Shown here: in pieces, positions 16,027 through 24,650 of the stretch
Numbering within the stretch: the first letter of the stretch is position 1
Layout: every line of letters begins with the position of its first letter
DNA from: a virus
Taxonomy: Duplodnaviria; Caudoviricetes
Virus record (IMG/VR): IMGVR_UViG_3300044259_000023
Coordinates: 1-42,243 of that record
Direction: 5' to 3' (one strand)
Length of the DNA stretch: 42,243 nt
Program-made: the position numbers and the translations under genes
Notes under the pieces: generated by a model
Told to the model about the DNA's origin: nothing
The model's input: the letters and a program-made list of their open reading frames with translations, nothing else
Database searches by the model: none

Positions 16027-16405
16027 AAATCATCTCCTCAAGGAGTCTTGCTCCTTTTGCGCTATTGCATGATCGACACATGGTTTGAAGATTTGACTCC
16101 TCGTCACTTCCGCCGCGAGATCTTGGGGTTATGTGATCTATGGTGAGATCGCTATCAGAACCGCACCTAACGCAGGCATACCCATCTCGTTTAAATATCT
16201 TCCAGCGCACATCACTACCCAGGGGTTCGCGCTTTTCTTGGCACTCTCGCGCCCGGTCTCTTTCATATCCACCATGCCAATGCTCGTAGGCGTTAGCCAC
16301 CCTCATCGCGCATCTATCGCACACGCATAATCCGTGGCGGTCCAGGTTTTTGACTATCTCCTCTCCATCAAGCTGATTTTCGCAAATCTTGCAGCTTTTG
16401 ATCAC
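16013..16405 (-). CDS. HNH endonuclease
   Basis: RD...CVRCG...LTIDHITPRSRGGSD..SNLQTMCRSCNSAKG; N-terminal CxxC pairs. Confidence 0.92.
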   Translation of the reverse strand: MIKSCKICENQLDGEEIVKNLDRHGLCVCDRCAMRVANAYEHWHGGYERDRARECQEKREPLGSDVRWKIFKRDGYACVRCGSDSDLTIDHITPRSRGGSDEESNLQTMCRSCNSAKGARLLEEMIYQMV

Positions 16406-16608
16406 TTGTCACCCTCCCCCAGCGCGATGAACTCTGAAACCTGCATACCAAAGAAATTTGCAAGCTTCTGGATTGTTCCGATACCAGACTCTGCATCACG
16501 ACAAATCTTACTGATGTAGGCGACGGAGCAGCCCATTTCGCGAGCAAGATCCACTTGCTTCATGTCACGCTTTGCCATCGCCACCTTTACCGAACGACCA
16601 ATGTTCAA
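16402..16608 (-). CDS. Cro/XRE-family HTH regulator
   Basis: MKQVDLAREMGCSVAYISKI...TIQKLANFFG; TTG start after GGAGGTG. Confidence 0.85.
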   Translation of the reverse strand: MNIGRSVKVAMAKRDMKQVDLAREMGCSVAYISKICRDAESGIGTIQKLANFFGMQVSEFIALGEGDK

Positions 16609-16641
16609 GAGTCACCTCCGAGTTACTGTGTTTGTTTTTTC

Positions 16642-16670
16642 ATTATTAACCGGCTGGGTTATCATTGCAA
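16642..16670 (-). promoter_or_regulatory. Promoter of the cro-like/replication operon with inverted-repeat operator
   Basis: TTGCAA-17-AATAAT; TAACC-N5-GGTTA in the spacer. Confidence 0.55.
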
Positions 16671-16705
16671 TAACTAAATGAGTTTATTTTATGTTGCGCT
16701 GACAA

Positions 16706-16728
16706 CAAAAAACCCGCCGAAGCGGGTG
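16706..16728 (-). terminator. Intrinsic terminator
   Basis: ACCCGC-TTCG-GCGGGT-TTTTT. Confidence 0.85.
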
Positions 16729-16731
16729 TGT

Positions 16732-17004
16732 TTATTCCTCAAGCACAACCTGGCCCTGCGCCATCTCCTCTAGCCAACTTCGCAGGGAGTGCAGGCAGCC
16801 TGCCGGGAGCGGCTGCGCAGCCAATCCCTTGATGATGACGTGTACCCGTGGGTACTCAGTAAGGCGCGGCAGGAGCCTGGCGCAGCACTTGCGGATCGCT
16901 GTGTTGGGCTTCCCCCTACGGTGGATCTCGGCGCAAAGCTCGAGCGTCACAAGTGCAGACAGGTAGGCTATGCACTCTTGGTCTCGGCTGGTGTATTCGA
17001 TCAT
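16732..17004 (-). CDS. Hypothetical protein
   Basis: 90 aa, ATGA-coupled. Confidence 0.65.
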   Translation of the reverse strand: MIEYTSRDQECIAYLSALVTLELCAEIHRRGKPNTAIRKCCARLLPRLTEYPRVHVIIKGLAAQPLPAGCLHSLRSWLEEMAQGQVVLEE

Positions 17005-17723
17005 TCTGCCTTCTCCGTTTTGATGCAGTGCGCCTGCAAAGTGCCTAGATCAAGCAGGGTGAAATACCCGCCCTTCTGCGGGCACCATCCGGCTGTGTCG
17101 ATGTGGATCACGTTGCCAAGTGCCATCGGCTCGCCAATCGGCGTGTGGCCAACGACAAGGGCTCGCACACCGTCAACTCCGCTACGGTCTTCAAGCTCCA
17201 CTCGGCGACGAGACCACATGCAGGCGTTCTTGATGGAACGCAGCAGCCCTGCATTGCCCTCAGCACCATCTTCGAGCTTTTCCAACAGATACCACCACGA
17301 AGGGAACGGGCAATCGGCATGGATTAGCCCGACCTTGCCGTCCGGCGTCTCCACTTCAATGGCGATCGGCAACTCGCGGAACTGGGCTGCGTACTCGCCT
17401 CGCTCTGACTCCATAAGCGACATGAACCATGCGCCGCCGTTTTGCAGCCAGTTCCCGGTATCGCCGGTATCGTGCCGGCACACGTAGTCGTCGTGGTTGC
17501 CGCGCACCGGGTGGAACCATGGCTTAGCTAACCACCCGAGCACCAGCTCGCACTCAGGGCCACGGTCAATCAGGTCTCCAACGCTGAACAGCCTGTCTTT
17601 CTCTGAGTCAAAACCAATTGCGTCAAGGGCGGATTGCAGAGCAGTGAAATGACCATGAATGTCACCTACGGCGTAGTCTCGCCCTAATGTATTTGGCGTA
17701 AATCGCTTAACAAGATTAGTCAT
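17001..17723 (-). CDS. Ser/Thr protein phosphatase (lambda NinI/PphA-like metallophosphoesterase)
   Basis: GDIHG, GDLIDRG, RGNHD, GHT, IDTA motifs. Confidence 0.92.
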   Translation of the reverse strand: MTNLVKRFTPNTLGRDYAVGDIHGHFTALQSALDAIGFDSEKDRLFSVGDLIDRGPECELVLGWLAKPWFHPVRGNHDDYVCRHDTGDTGNWLQNGGAWFMSLMESERGEYAAQFRELPIAIEVETPDGKVGLIHADCPFPSWWYLLEKLEDGAEGNAGLLRSIKNACMWSRRRVELEDRSGVDGVRALVVGHTPIGEPMALGNVIHIDTAGWCPQKGGYFTLLDLGTLQAHCIKTEKAE

Positions 17724-17726
17724 GCT

Positions 17727-18446
17727 TCACCATCCTTGATTGTCATTGGCTGCCACAGCCATTCTTGCGTTGTGCTTCGCCAGCTCGCCGGCCAGCCACT
17801 CGACCCCCTTCGTGGTGATCTTGGCTTGCGAATAGGCGTGACCGTGTTCGGCAACGCCTGCTTTCACTTCAAAACGGCCTGCGTCAATGTGATCGGCGTA
17901 CGGCGTCAGTTTCCCCGCCAGTCGGTATAAGATTTTGCGCTGGATCATGAAATCGCGCAGATCGTTCTCCTTGATTTTCAGGAGCTTTGCCACTTGCCGA
18001 AAACACAGATTGCCGGTCGATGCCACGTATTTATCGACAAACTCTACCTTGGGCGCGGCCAGGGCGAGCTGCCCAGCCTGCCGCTCGACTTCCAGCGCGA
18101 GACGGCCAGCTTCAAGCAATGCCTCTGCATAGGTGCGCGGTACTGCCGGTGCCTGCTTGGCTTCCAGCTCTTGCCAGCGGTCAACGATGGCCGCCGTGAA
18201 CTCTGGGCAGTTCTGGGCCACCAGCACCAGGCTGTCGCGTTTGTTCAGCCGGTACTCGACATAGGTTTGCTCGTTCTGCTCGTGAGTGTAGGGGGACTCA
18301 GCCAATGGCTGACACCCCCCAATCACACCAGATTCAGCAAGCCGGTAAGCGCTGCGCTTGATGTCACTGTGATTCTTACCGAGCATTTCCGCAATCTCTC
18401 GGGTGCCCATAGTAAGCTGCTGATTGCCCAAAATGGCTAATTGCAT
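17727..18446 (-). CDS. Rha-family/KilAC antirepressor-like protein
   Basis: LTMGTREIAE..GK.H...IVDRWQELE N-domain; P.TYAEAL; APKVEFVD...ITTKGVEWL C-domain. Confidence 0.88.
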   Translation of the reverse strand: MQLAILGNQQLTMGTREIAEMLGKNHSDIKRSAYRLAESGVIGGCQPLAESPYTHEQNEQTYVEYRLNKRDSLVLVAQNCPEFTAAIVDRWQELEAKQAPAVPRTYAEALLEAGRLALEVERQAGQLALAAPKVEFVDKYVASTGNLCFRQVAKLLKIKENDLRDFMIQRKILYRLAGKLTPYADHIDAGRFEVKAGVAEHGHAYSQAKITTKGVEWLAGELAKHNARMAVAANDNQGW

Positions 18447-18494
18447 GTAAAATCCCTCTTGGTTGGTTGTGGCCGTTGCGAAAGCGCGGCCTTT

Positions 18495-18704
18495 TTATTT
18501 ACGCTCGAGCCAGCCAGTCAGCACGTTAGCATCGCTCATGTAGATGAGCATCTCAATGCTGGCGATTGCCGATGCGGTCGGTTTGTTCTCGCCACCCTCC
18601 CACTTCTGATAGGTCTTTACGCAGGTTAGGCCTAGCGCATTAGCCATCTCGCTCTGAGAGAGGCCCAGCGAGTGCCGGGCCTGCTTGATTTGATCTGTGG
18701 TCAT
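18495..18704 (-). CDS. XRE-family HTH regulator
   Basis: IKQARHSLGLSQSEMANALG...TYQKWEGGENKP. Confidence 0.85.
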   Translation of the reverse strand: MTTDQIKQARHSLGLSQSEMANALGLTCVKTYQKWEGGENKPTASAIASIEMLIYMSDANVLTGWLERK

Positions 18705-18892
18705 GCGCTTACCTCTGCACTAGCCATGAATTCTTGATAGGCCGAATATTCAGCTGAGCAAGCTGCTCTATAATCAGCCCAAGCGGTGGAGTAGGCATAC
18801 TCAACACCAGGAAGATCGAGCGATGCCTTCCACGCCTTCAGTGTGGCATCAACTACTTCGCAAGCCGCCAACCATTTTTGTTTTGCGTTCAT
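18701..18892 (-). CDS. Hypothetical protein (63 aa)
   Basis: GTGGAG RBS favours ATG 18892 over the track start at 18907. Confidence 0.6.
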   Translation of the reverse strand: MNAKQKWLAACEVVDATLKAWKASLDLPGVEYAYSTAWADYRAACSAEYSAYQEFMASAEVSA

Positions 18893-18939
18893 TTTGTTTA
18901 TCTCCACTTGGCTTGGCCCCGCGCCTCACCGTTGAGATA

Positions 18940-18993
18940 ACTATACCCCAGCGGGTCATGACCCGCAAGGTCTTTTGTGTGATATTTATCACA
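18940..18993 (-). promoter_or_regulatory. Promoter with perfect 16-bp operator palindrome and consensus CRP-type box
   Basis: TTGCGG-17-TATAGT; GCGGGTCATGACCCGC at 18951-18966; TGTGA-N6-TCACA at 18978-18993. Confidence 0.7.
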
Positions 18994-18997
18994 AAAG

Positions 18998-19023
18998 AAA
19001 AAGCCGGATTTCTCCGGCCTTTG
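18998..19023 (-). terminator. Intrinsic terminator
   Basis: GCCGGA-GAAA-TCCGGC-TTTTT. Confidence 0.8.
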
Positions 19024-19024
19024 T

Positions 19025-19195
19025 TTATCGCTTCTTTGGTAGTGGTGCCCACATCATGTGGATGCGATCTTGGCTGATGCCATGCTCCTTTCCAGTCTCG
19101 TCTATGATGCGAGCGATTCCGTCTTTAACCTCTGCAATCCTAGCCTTGAGTACCTGGCCGCGAGGCTTCATGATGCTGTAGTGTGTCCAGTCCAT
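19025..19195 (-). CDS. Hypothetical protein
   Basis: 56 aa, coupled to upstream stop. Confidence 0.55.
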   Translation of the reverse strand: MDWTHYSIMKPRGQVLKARIAEVKDGIARIIDETGKEHGISQDRIHMMWAPLPKKR

Positions 19196-19458
19196 CACTT
19201 CCCAGCCTCCAGCACTTTCCAAGATTTTTCCAGCATGCTTCGCAGCTCATCCACGGTAATGGCGTGGCCGCAGCAGTTTGCTGGCAATTCAACTGTCATC
19301 GTGGCGTGCCGAGCATACCACCCAGCGCGCCATCCCACCCACATTGCCGGCAACTCTTCCCCGACATACTCGCCAGTTTCTTGGTTAATCTCTAGTTCCC
19401 AGGGCTCGTATCCGCTTGCGATCATCTCGCTCTCAAATAACTTTCTAATTTTGCTCAT
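19195..19458 (-). CDS. Conserved phage hypothetical protein
   Basis: RKLFE...Y.....MWVGW.A motif; RBS GAGGT. Confidence 0.65.
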   Translation of the reverse strand: MSKIRKLFESEMIASGYEPWELEINQETGEYVGEELPAMWVGWRAGWYARHATMTVELPANCCGHAITVDELRSMLEKSWKVLEAGK

Positions 19459-19466
19459 CGCTTACC

Positions 19467-19556
19467 TCAGCTCATATTAAAAACAACAATCCCAGCCAGC
19501 ACCAAAGCCATGCAGATTGGTGTAGCCATCAGGCAAAAAGCTAGCTTGATGTTCAT
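19467..19556 (-). CDS. Small hydrophobic peptide (29 aa; not in track)
   Basis: MNIKLAFCLMATPICMALVLAGIVVFNMS; ATGA overlap with upstream gene. Confidence 0.45.
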   Translation of the reverse strand: MNIKLAFCLMATPICMALVLAGIVVFNMS

Positions 19557-19807
19557 GATGCTTTACCTGTTGGCGCGTAAACATTGACCTTCGCCTTGTT
19601 GCCGTAGTATCCGCGCCTGCTTGATTGACCGCGCAGCTTGTTGAGATATCCAGCCCTGACCAGCTTCGACACTCTGTTTAACACGGCGTTACGGTCTCCG
19701 TTAACGGCCTGCCAAGCCCCCATCTGCATCAGGTCATCCAGCGTTCGCGGCTGGCCGGAGAACATGCTTAGCACGGCTAGATCGATTTCTGTAATTGGCG
19801 CACTCAT
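19553..19807 (-). CDS. Hypothetical protein, winged-helix-like
   Basis: 84 aa; VLNRVSKLVRAGYL pattern. Confidence 0.55.
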   Translation of the reverse strand: MSAPITEIDLAVLSMFSGQPRTLDDLMQMGAWQAVNGDRNAVLNRVSKLVRAGYLNKLRGQSSRRGYYGNKAKVNVYAPTGKAS

Positions 19808-20736
19808 GATTTGCTCTCCGGGTGCAGATGGTCATAGATGGCGAGGGCCATTGACATAAAGCTTTCGGATGGGGTCTTACGGTCGCCTACAGGCACGGCC
19901 AGCATCACATCGACCAGTTCGCTGGCGACGCGCTCGCGCTCGGTTTGGACTGGGCGGAATTTGCAGTTAACGCATTCACACATAGCGCCGAACTCATTCT
20001 CTGTTACGGGGTGACCATGGCGAGAAAATCCAACAATGAAAACCCACTCCCAATTTCCATCAAGAAACATCTCGCACTCAGTGCCAACCGGCGGCAGCTC
20101 ACCGCGGTTGTGCCAGTCGTCGCTGGATGGTTCAGGATCTGGTTCGGACTTTGCAGCTTGCGGTCGGCGCTCGAGTGTGTCGCGCCAGTCGCCAAGGACT
20201 TCGCCAGAATTTTGAGAAAGCCACGCGTAAACGCCGTCAAATCTCCACCCGCCGACATCACCGGATGATGCAAAAGGCTCTCGATTAAAGAATTCCCATC
20301 GCCCATCATGGCGCTGAGCCACCCATTCTGCGTCGCTTTCCACCTCGCCCCAGTCCGGCTTGTTTTGCAGCTCTGCGCGGCGGGTGAGCCATTGGTCCTT
20401 ATCAAACTGCGAATACGGGAAGCTGCTGCTAAGCACATTACTTGCCCATGTTCTTTCGCCATCTATTTTTGTCACCACGTAACACCATGGCTGATGTTTT
20501 CCGCACGGCCACTCATGGACATTCCGCGCCAACCATGTGAGATCGTCGTCTGCTTGTTGCTTGGGAATTTCAATAATGCAATTCGGTAGATTTTGAGCTT
20601 GAATCTCAGTCTCAATCCACTTTCCGGAGCTAGCATAAAAGCAAACAGAGTTTTCAGATACTTTGTAATAGTTGGTTTGGTCACCATTTTGCAAGTAATG
20701 CGTAGATCCATATGGGGTGTTATTTAACTTATCCAT
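19804..20736 (-). CDS. Multi-module phage hypothetical protein (310 aa)
   Basis: DLTWLARNVHEW, DWRDTLERRP and GELPPVGTECE modules; RBS AGGAG. Confidence 0.75.
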   Translation of the reverse strand: MDKLNNTPYGSTHYLQNGDQTNYYKVSENSVCFYASSGKWIETEIQAQNLPNCIIEIPKQQADDDLTWLARNVHEWPCGKHQPWCYVVTKIDGERTWASNVLSSSFPYSQFDKDQWLTRRAELQNKPDWGEVESDAEWVAQRHDGRWEFFNREPFASSGDVGGWRFDGVYAWLSQNSGEVLGDWRDTLERRPQAAKSEPDPEPSSDDWHNRGELPPVGTECEMFLDGNWEWVFIVGFSRHGHPVTENEFGAMCECVNCKFRPVQTERERVASELVDVMLAVPVGDRKTPSESFMSMALAIYDHLHPESKS

Positions 20737-20884
20737 TTTTAATCTCCTTTGCCTTTTTTCTCGCCGCCATGACTCGGTGCGAGTCGCTACAGAACCTTAC
20801 TCGCCAGTGCCTATCTGCCGGTAACTCCTTGCCACAGTATTCGCAGTGAGTTGCTAGAAACTGGCACTTGAATGTGTAACTCAT
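20729..20884 (-). CDS. Small Zn-finger protein (51 aa; not in track)
   Basis: CEYCGKE...RFCSDSHRVMAARKK; first gene after promoter TTGACC-17-TACGCT. Confidence 0.65.
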   Translation of the reverse strand: MSYTFKCQFLATHCEYCGKELPADRHWRVRFCSDSHRVMAARKKAKEIKNG

Positions 20885-20956
20885 TGGCCTACCTTGCTTA
20901 GTTGATGTTACGGGATAAAGCGTAACTCATGTGGTTTTATTGGTCAACAGGCAGCA

Positions 20957-20984
20957 ATAAAAAAGGGCCGTTACTGGCCCTTTT
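20957..20984. terminator. Intrinsic terminator after ninG
   Basis: AAAAAAGGGCC-N7-GGCCCTTTT. Confidence 0.8.
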
Positions 20985-21576
20985 CTTTCAGCTCCTTGAG
21001 CTTGCGCTTGTAGTAAGCCTCGATTTCCTCAAGCTCGGCGCGAGTGTAACGCCGGATCTCGTGGTTGTTGTCCAACGACTGGACGAACTCTTCACCGTAC
21101 TTCTTAACCATCCACATCCGGTACATGGTCAGGTTCCCGCTCTTGTGCTGATTGCATACCTGGCAGCATCGATGGATGTTGCGCTCGTCAAACTTCAGGG
21201 CTGAGTTAACGCCTGCTGGCCGATAGTGCGCTGCATCCCACTGCACTGCGCTTGTGGCTTCGCAGCATGGGCACGGCATACCTTCGTCACGAGTGCGAAT
21301 GTAGAGGTGGCAGGCTGATTTGGCTTTAGCCCTAAAGTAGGCGATTGGCTTTACCGCCAGCTTCCTGGCGCGAAGCTCTTTGCGAGCCTCCTTGGCCTTG
21401 GCCTCGCTCTCCCGTCGTGCCTTGGCCGCCTGGCGCTCGCGCTGCTTGGCTGACTTCTCCATAGCGAATTGGATCGCGTGATCATGGCAGCAGAAGAAGC
21501 CAGCCGGTGTTTTGATCCCGCAATCAGCGTCAACGTACTCGCAACACTGCTTGCATCTACGGCGTGAGTTAGCCAT
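20971..21576 (-). CDS. ninG: NinG (Rap)-family recombination endonuclease
   Basis: YIRTRD...C.CC...WDAAHYR...LKFDERNIHRCCQVCNQHKSGN. Confidence 0.9.
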   Translation of the reverse strand: MANSRRRCKQCCEYVDADCGIKTPAGFFCCHDHAIQFAMEKSAKQRERQAAKARRESEAKAKEARKELRARKLAVKPIAYFRAKAKSACHLYIRTRDEGMPCPCCEATSAVQWDAAHYRPAGVNSALKFDERNIHRCCQVCNQHKSGNLTMYRMWMVKKYGEEFVQSLDNNHEIRRYTRAELEEIEAYYKRKLKELKEKGQ

Positions 21577-21851
21577 CACGCCATGCCCTTTCCGATTTCA
21601 GCAGCAGCCATGACGATGGCGCGGCGTGTTGCTGCGTAAATGTCATCGCCGTCTTCATGATTGTCAGCCGCTCTTTTGGTGAAAACTTTCCCGTACAGCA
21701 GGTTCAGTTTTACGGCCAGCCGCAGCGCGTCGCCGTCGTTTGTGAGGGGGTTAAAAGGTTCCACTCCGGAGTAGTGCTTTCCGCTTTCCGTCCATTTAAG
21801 TTCAACACCGGCAGCCCTTGCCGCCAACTCCAATAACTCACGATCTGTCAT
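21576..21851 (-). CDS. Conserved phage hypothetical protein
   Basis: DRELLELAARAAG...FNPLTNDGDALRLAVKL...ATRRAIV.AAAEIG motif. Confidence 0.75.
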   Translation of the reverse strand: MTDRELLELAARAAGVELKWTESGKHYSGVEPFNPLTNDGDALRLAVKLNLLYGKVFTKRAADNHEDGDDIYAATRRAIVMAAAEIGKGMA

Positions 21852-21852
21852 A

Positions 21853-22227
21853 TTAAAGCTCCTGTAGTAGATAGTGGCACATCTCGATGACGTTCGAGAG
21901 CTGCGCCTTTGTCATGTGACTGGTGGATTTTCCGATTACGACCAGCTGATTGCCGTTGATGGATGGTACGGTTATGGCCTCATCCATGCTGGCAGTGATC
22001 AGCGTTTTCCAACTTGCCGGTGATAGCCTGCGGCCATGCCAGCGTTTGGCTATCGATAGCTCGGTGAGCAGAGCCCACAGCATCGAGTTTTGATCTGTGG
22101 AGCGAGCATCAACCGGTTTTATGTCGATGGCGTAAACTTCACCGTCGGCCAGTTTGTCGAAGGCATCCACATCTGGTAGTGATGCGGGGGACAGGCCCCC
22201 GCTAGTCTTGATCGCTTTGATTTTCAT
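21853..22227 (-). CDS. ninB: NinB (Orf)-family recombination protein
   Basis: RSTDQNSMLWALLTELS...WHGRRL...WK...GKSTS.M motif. Confidence 0.85.
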   Translation of the reverse strand: MKIKAIKTSGGLSPASLPDVDAFDKLADGEVYAIDIKPVDARSTDQNSMLWALLTELSIAKRWHGRRLSPASWKTLITASMDEAITVPSINGNQLVVIGKSTSHMTKAQLSNVIEMCHYLLQEL

Positions 22228-22706
22228 CAGAAAGGCACGCTTTCATTCCAGTCTTGCTGCACTTGCGGTTGCTGGCGCACCTGCTGGTAGTTGTTCTGCT
22301 GTTGAGGAGCTCGCTGTTGCTGCTGTCCTTGGCTCTGCTGGCTCTGCTGGTTTCCGCTCGGGCTGCCAAGCATCTGCATCACTCCGCCAACATCAACGAC
22401 CACTTCGGTGGAGTAGCGATCCAGACCGGTCTGATCCTGCCACTTGCGGGTTTGCAGCTTGCCCTCGATGTAGACCTGTGAGCCCTTGCGCAGGTATTCC
22501 CCGGCAATCTCGGCCAACTTGCCGAACATCACAACACGGTGCCATTCGGTCTTTTCCTTCTGTTCTCCGGTATTCTTGTCTTTCCAACTTTCTCCGGTAG
22601 CCAGGGTGATGTTAGTTACCGCGCCGCCGCCCTGGGTGTAGCGGACTTCTGGGTCTTGACCAAGACGCCCTACGAGAATCACCTTGTTAACTCCATTTTG
22701 AGCCAT
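22227..22706 (-). CDS. ssb: Single-stranded DNA-binding protein
   Basis: [19 protein letters not shown]...TEWHRVV...[16 protein letters not shown]; C-terminal VPF. Confidence 0.97.
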   Translation of the reverse strand: MAQNGVNKVILVGRLGQDPEVRYTQGGGAVTNITLATGESWKDKNTGEQKEKTEWHRVVMFGKLAEIAGEYLRKGSQVYIEGKLQTRKWQDQTGLDRYSTEVVVDVGGVMQMLGSPSGNQQSQQSQGQQQQRAPQQQNNYQQVRQQPQVQQDWNESVPF

Positions 22707-22726
22707 TTCATTTCCTCGATTAGTTG

Positions 22727-22774
22727 TTGACTGACCACGACATAGATACTACATTACACATCATAAAACATCAA
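22727..22774. promoter_or_regulatory. Overlapping divergent promoters (ssb-nin and alpA-recT-exo)
   Basis: + TTGACT-17-TACATT; - TTGATG-17-TAGTAT. Confidence 0.6.
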
Positions 22775-22790
22775 TGGACAGGTACGAACA

Positions 22791-22970
22791 ATGTTGCTCA
22801 CAGTAAAACAGGTGTGCGAGAAGCTAGGGGTTAGCCGTTCCACTCTATTCCTTATGCGGAAAAATGAAGGATTCCCGACTCCGTATTGTTTATCAGAGTC
22901 GGCGCAGCGGTGGAGCGAGCAGGAAGTGGATGAGTGGGTTAAATCCCGCAAGGTGGAGAGACAAAAATGA
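22791..22970 (+). CDS. AlpA/excisionase-like HTH protein (59 aa; not in track)
   Basis: MLLTVKQVCEKLGVSRSTL...GFPTP...RWSEQEVDEW; ATGA-coupled to recT. Confidence 0.8.
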   Translation: MLLTVKQVCEKLGVSRSTLFLMRKNEGFPTPYCLSESAQRWSEQEVDEWVKSRKVERQK

Positions 22971-23830
22971 GTTTTGATGTTGTTAGTTTTGTGGATGGGC
23001 AGGCCAGTCTGTTTCGTGGTGCTCTGTCTGATCAGGCCATTTCCTGGGAGAAAGAAAAGCAGTTTGCCATTCAGGCTTTCCAGAAAAACGACTATCTGGC
23101 CAAGGTGGCAATGGCAAACATGTCGAGCGCCCAGAATGCCATCGTCAATGTGGCCGCCATCGGGATCACGCTTAATCCGGCAGCAAAGTTGGCTTATCTG
23201 GTGCCGCGAGATGGGATGGTTTGCCTAGACATCAGTTACATGGGTCTGCTGCATCTGGCCCAAGTGTCGGGGGCGATCCAGTGGGGCCAGTGCAAGCTTG
23301 TGCATGCCAATGACACCTACGAAAGCAACGGGTTAGACAGAGCTCCGACACATCGTTACAACGCATTCGGCGAGCGCGGCGATGTGGTGGGCGGGTATTG
23401 CACCATCAAGACTGCGCAAGGCGACTACCTGACCGAGGAGATGAGTCTTGCTGATATCAAGCAGGTTGAGCTGTCCAGCAAGGCTAAGAACGGCCCGTGG
23501 CAAAAGTGGTGGGATGAGATGGCGCGCAAGACCATCGTCAAACGGGCGTCAAAATACTGGCCGCGATGCGAGCGACTGGATCACGCTATCGACCACCTGA
23601 ACACTGACGGCGGCGAAGGCTTGGCGGATCCGTTGGAGCAACAGCAAGAGGTAATCGTTAATCCGGTGGAAGTCATCAAGCAGGCCATTGCAGCAAGAGG
23701 TCAGACAGATCAACAGTTTTTCCAGTGGTTTAGCAAGGCGAGAGGGTTGCAAGTTCCGGTGTCGTCATTTGATGAGATGAGCGAGGGGGATCTTCAGCTG
23801 GCAGCACGCAAGTTGGAGGCGAAGCGATGA
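22967..23830 (+). CDS. recT: RecT-family ssDNA annealing protein
   Basis: AAIGITLNPA.KLAYLVPR...ISYMGL...PW..WWDEMARKT.VKRA.KYWP. Confidence 0.9.
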   Translation: MSFDVVSFVDGQASLFRGALSDQAISWEKEKQFAIQAFQKNDYLAKVAMANMSSAQNAIVNVAAIGITLNPAAKLAYLVPRDGMVCLDISYMGLLHLAQVSGAIQWGQCKLVHANDTYESNGLDRAPTHRYNAFGERGDVVGGYCTIKTAQGDYLTEEMSLADIKQVELSSKAKNGPWQKWWDEMARKTIVKRASKYWPRCERLDHAIDHLNTDGGEGLADPLEQQQEVIVNPVEVIKQAIAARGQTDQQFFQWFSKARGLQVPVSSFDEMSEGDLQLAARKLEAKR

Positions 23831-24504
23831 TCTACACAAACCACATCACAGGCGTTAACGTCTACGACATGGAGCAGGGCACAGAGGAATGGCTCCGGCA
23901 TCGCGCCGGGGTTATCACTGCCTCACGCGCCCACGACATCATTAAGTCTGGCAGGTCAAAAGGTAGCTATTCAGAGGCTCGGGATACCTACATGCTTGAG
24001 TTGATCGCCCAAGTTTGCACCGGGCTTGTGCCGGAATCCGCATCATTCAAACAGGCTGAGTGGGGGCACGAAAACGAGCCGCTCACACGGGAAGCTTATG
24101 AGGCTCTGGAATTCGTCAGCGTCAACCAGTGTGGTCTGATTTACCGCGATGAGTCGCTGCGCTGCGCAATCAGCCCTGACGGCATACTTGAGGATCGCGG
24201 CCTTGAGATAAAAAACCCGTTCACAAGTCAGGTTCATATCGCCACATTGCTTGATGGCGCCATAAAGCCGGAGTATGTGACTCAGTGCCAATACAGCATG
24301 TGGGTTTCTGGCCTGGAACGATGGGACTTTTGCAGCTATGACCACCGCATGCGTGGCGAAGCAAGCAATAGGCTGTGCGTTATCCCTCAGTATCGAGACC
24401 AAGAGTTTATGGATAAATTCGACGCTGAGATACCTAAGTTTATTTCTGAGATGGACGAAAAACTATCGGCGCTCGGGTTCGCATTTGGAGATCAGTGGCG
24501 ATGA
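23827..24504 (+). CDS. Lambda-type (YqaJ) 5'-3' exonuclease
   Basis: QGTEEW..HR.G.ITAS, WGHENEP, SPDG...GLEIKNP, QCQYSMW. Confidence 0.92.
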   Translation: MIYTNHITGVNVYDMEQGTEEWLRHRAGVITASRAHDIIKSGRSKGSYSEARDTYMLELIAQVCTGLVPESASFKQAEWGHENEPLTREAYEALEFVSVNQCGLIYRDESLRCAISPDGILEDRGLEIKNPFTSQVHIATLLDGAIKPEYVTQCQYSMWVSGLERWDFCSYDHRMRGEASNRLCVIPQYRDQEFMDKFDAEIPKFISEMDEKLSALGFAFGDQWR

Positions 24505-24650
24505 TTATTATCAATGACGAATATTGTTCAGTGGCTGAGATTAAGCAGCGCCGAGAGCGCTACATGTCAGACCTAATCCGGCACCCGAACTGCCAAGATC
24601 CTGACCACCCAGGCTGCGAAAAGTGCGAGCCTGTCGAGAGTGAAGATTGA
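24501..24650 (+). CDS. Small Cys/His-rich protein (49 aa; not in track)
   Basis: HPNCQDPDHPGCEKC; ATGA-coupled. Confidence 0.6.
   Translation: MIIINDEYCSVAEIKQRRERYMSDLIRHPNCQDPDHPGCEKCEPVESED

Noticed and set aside
22254-22352. CAG-rich low-complexity repeats
   Set aside because: Encode the ordinary Gln-rich linker of SSB
22791-22970. AlpA-like gene as evidence of an integration module
   Set aside because: No adjacent integrase or recognisable att site; it is coupled to recT instead
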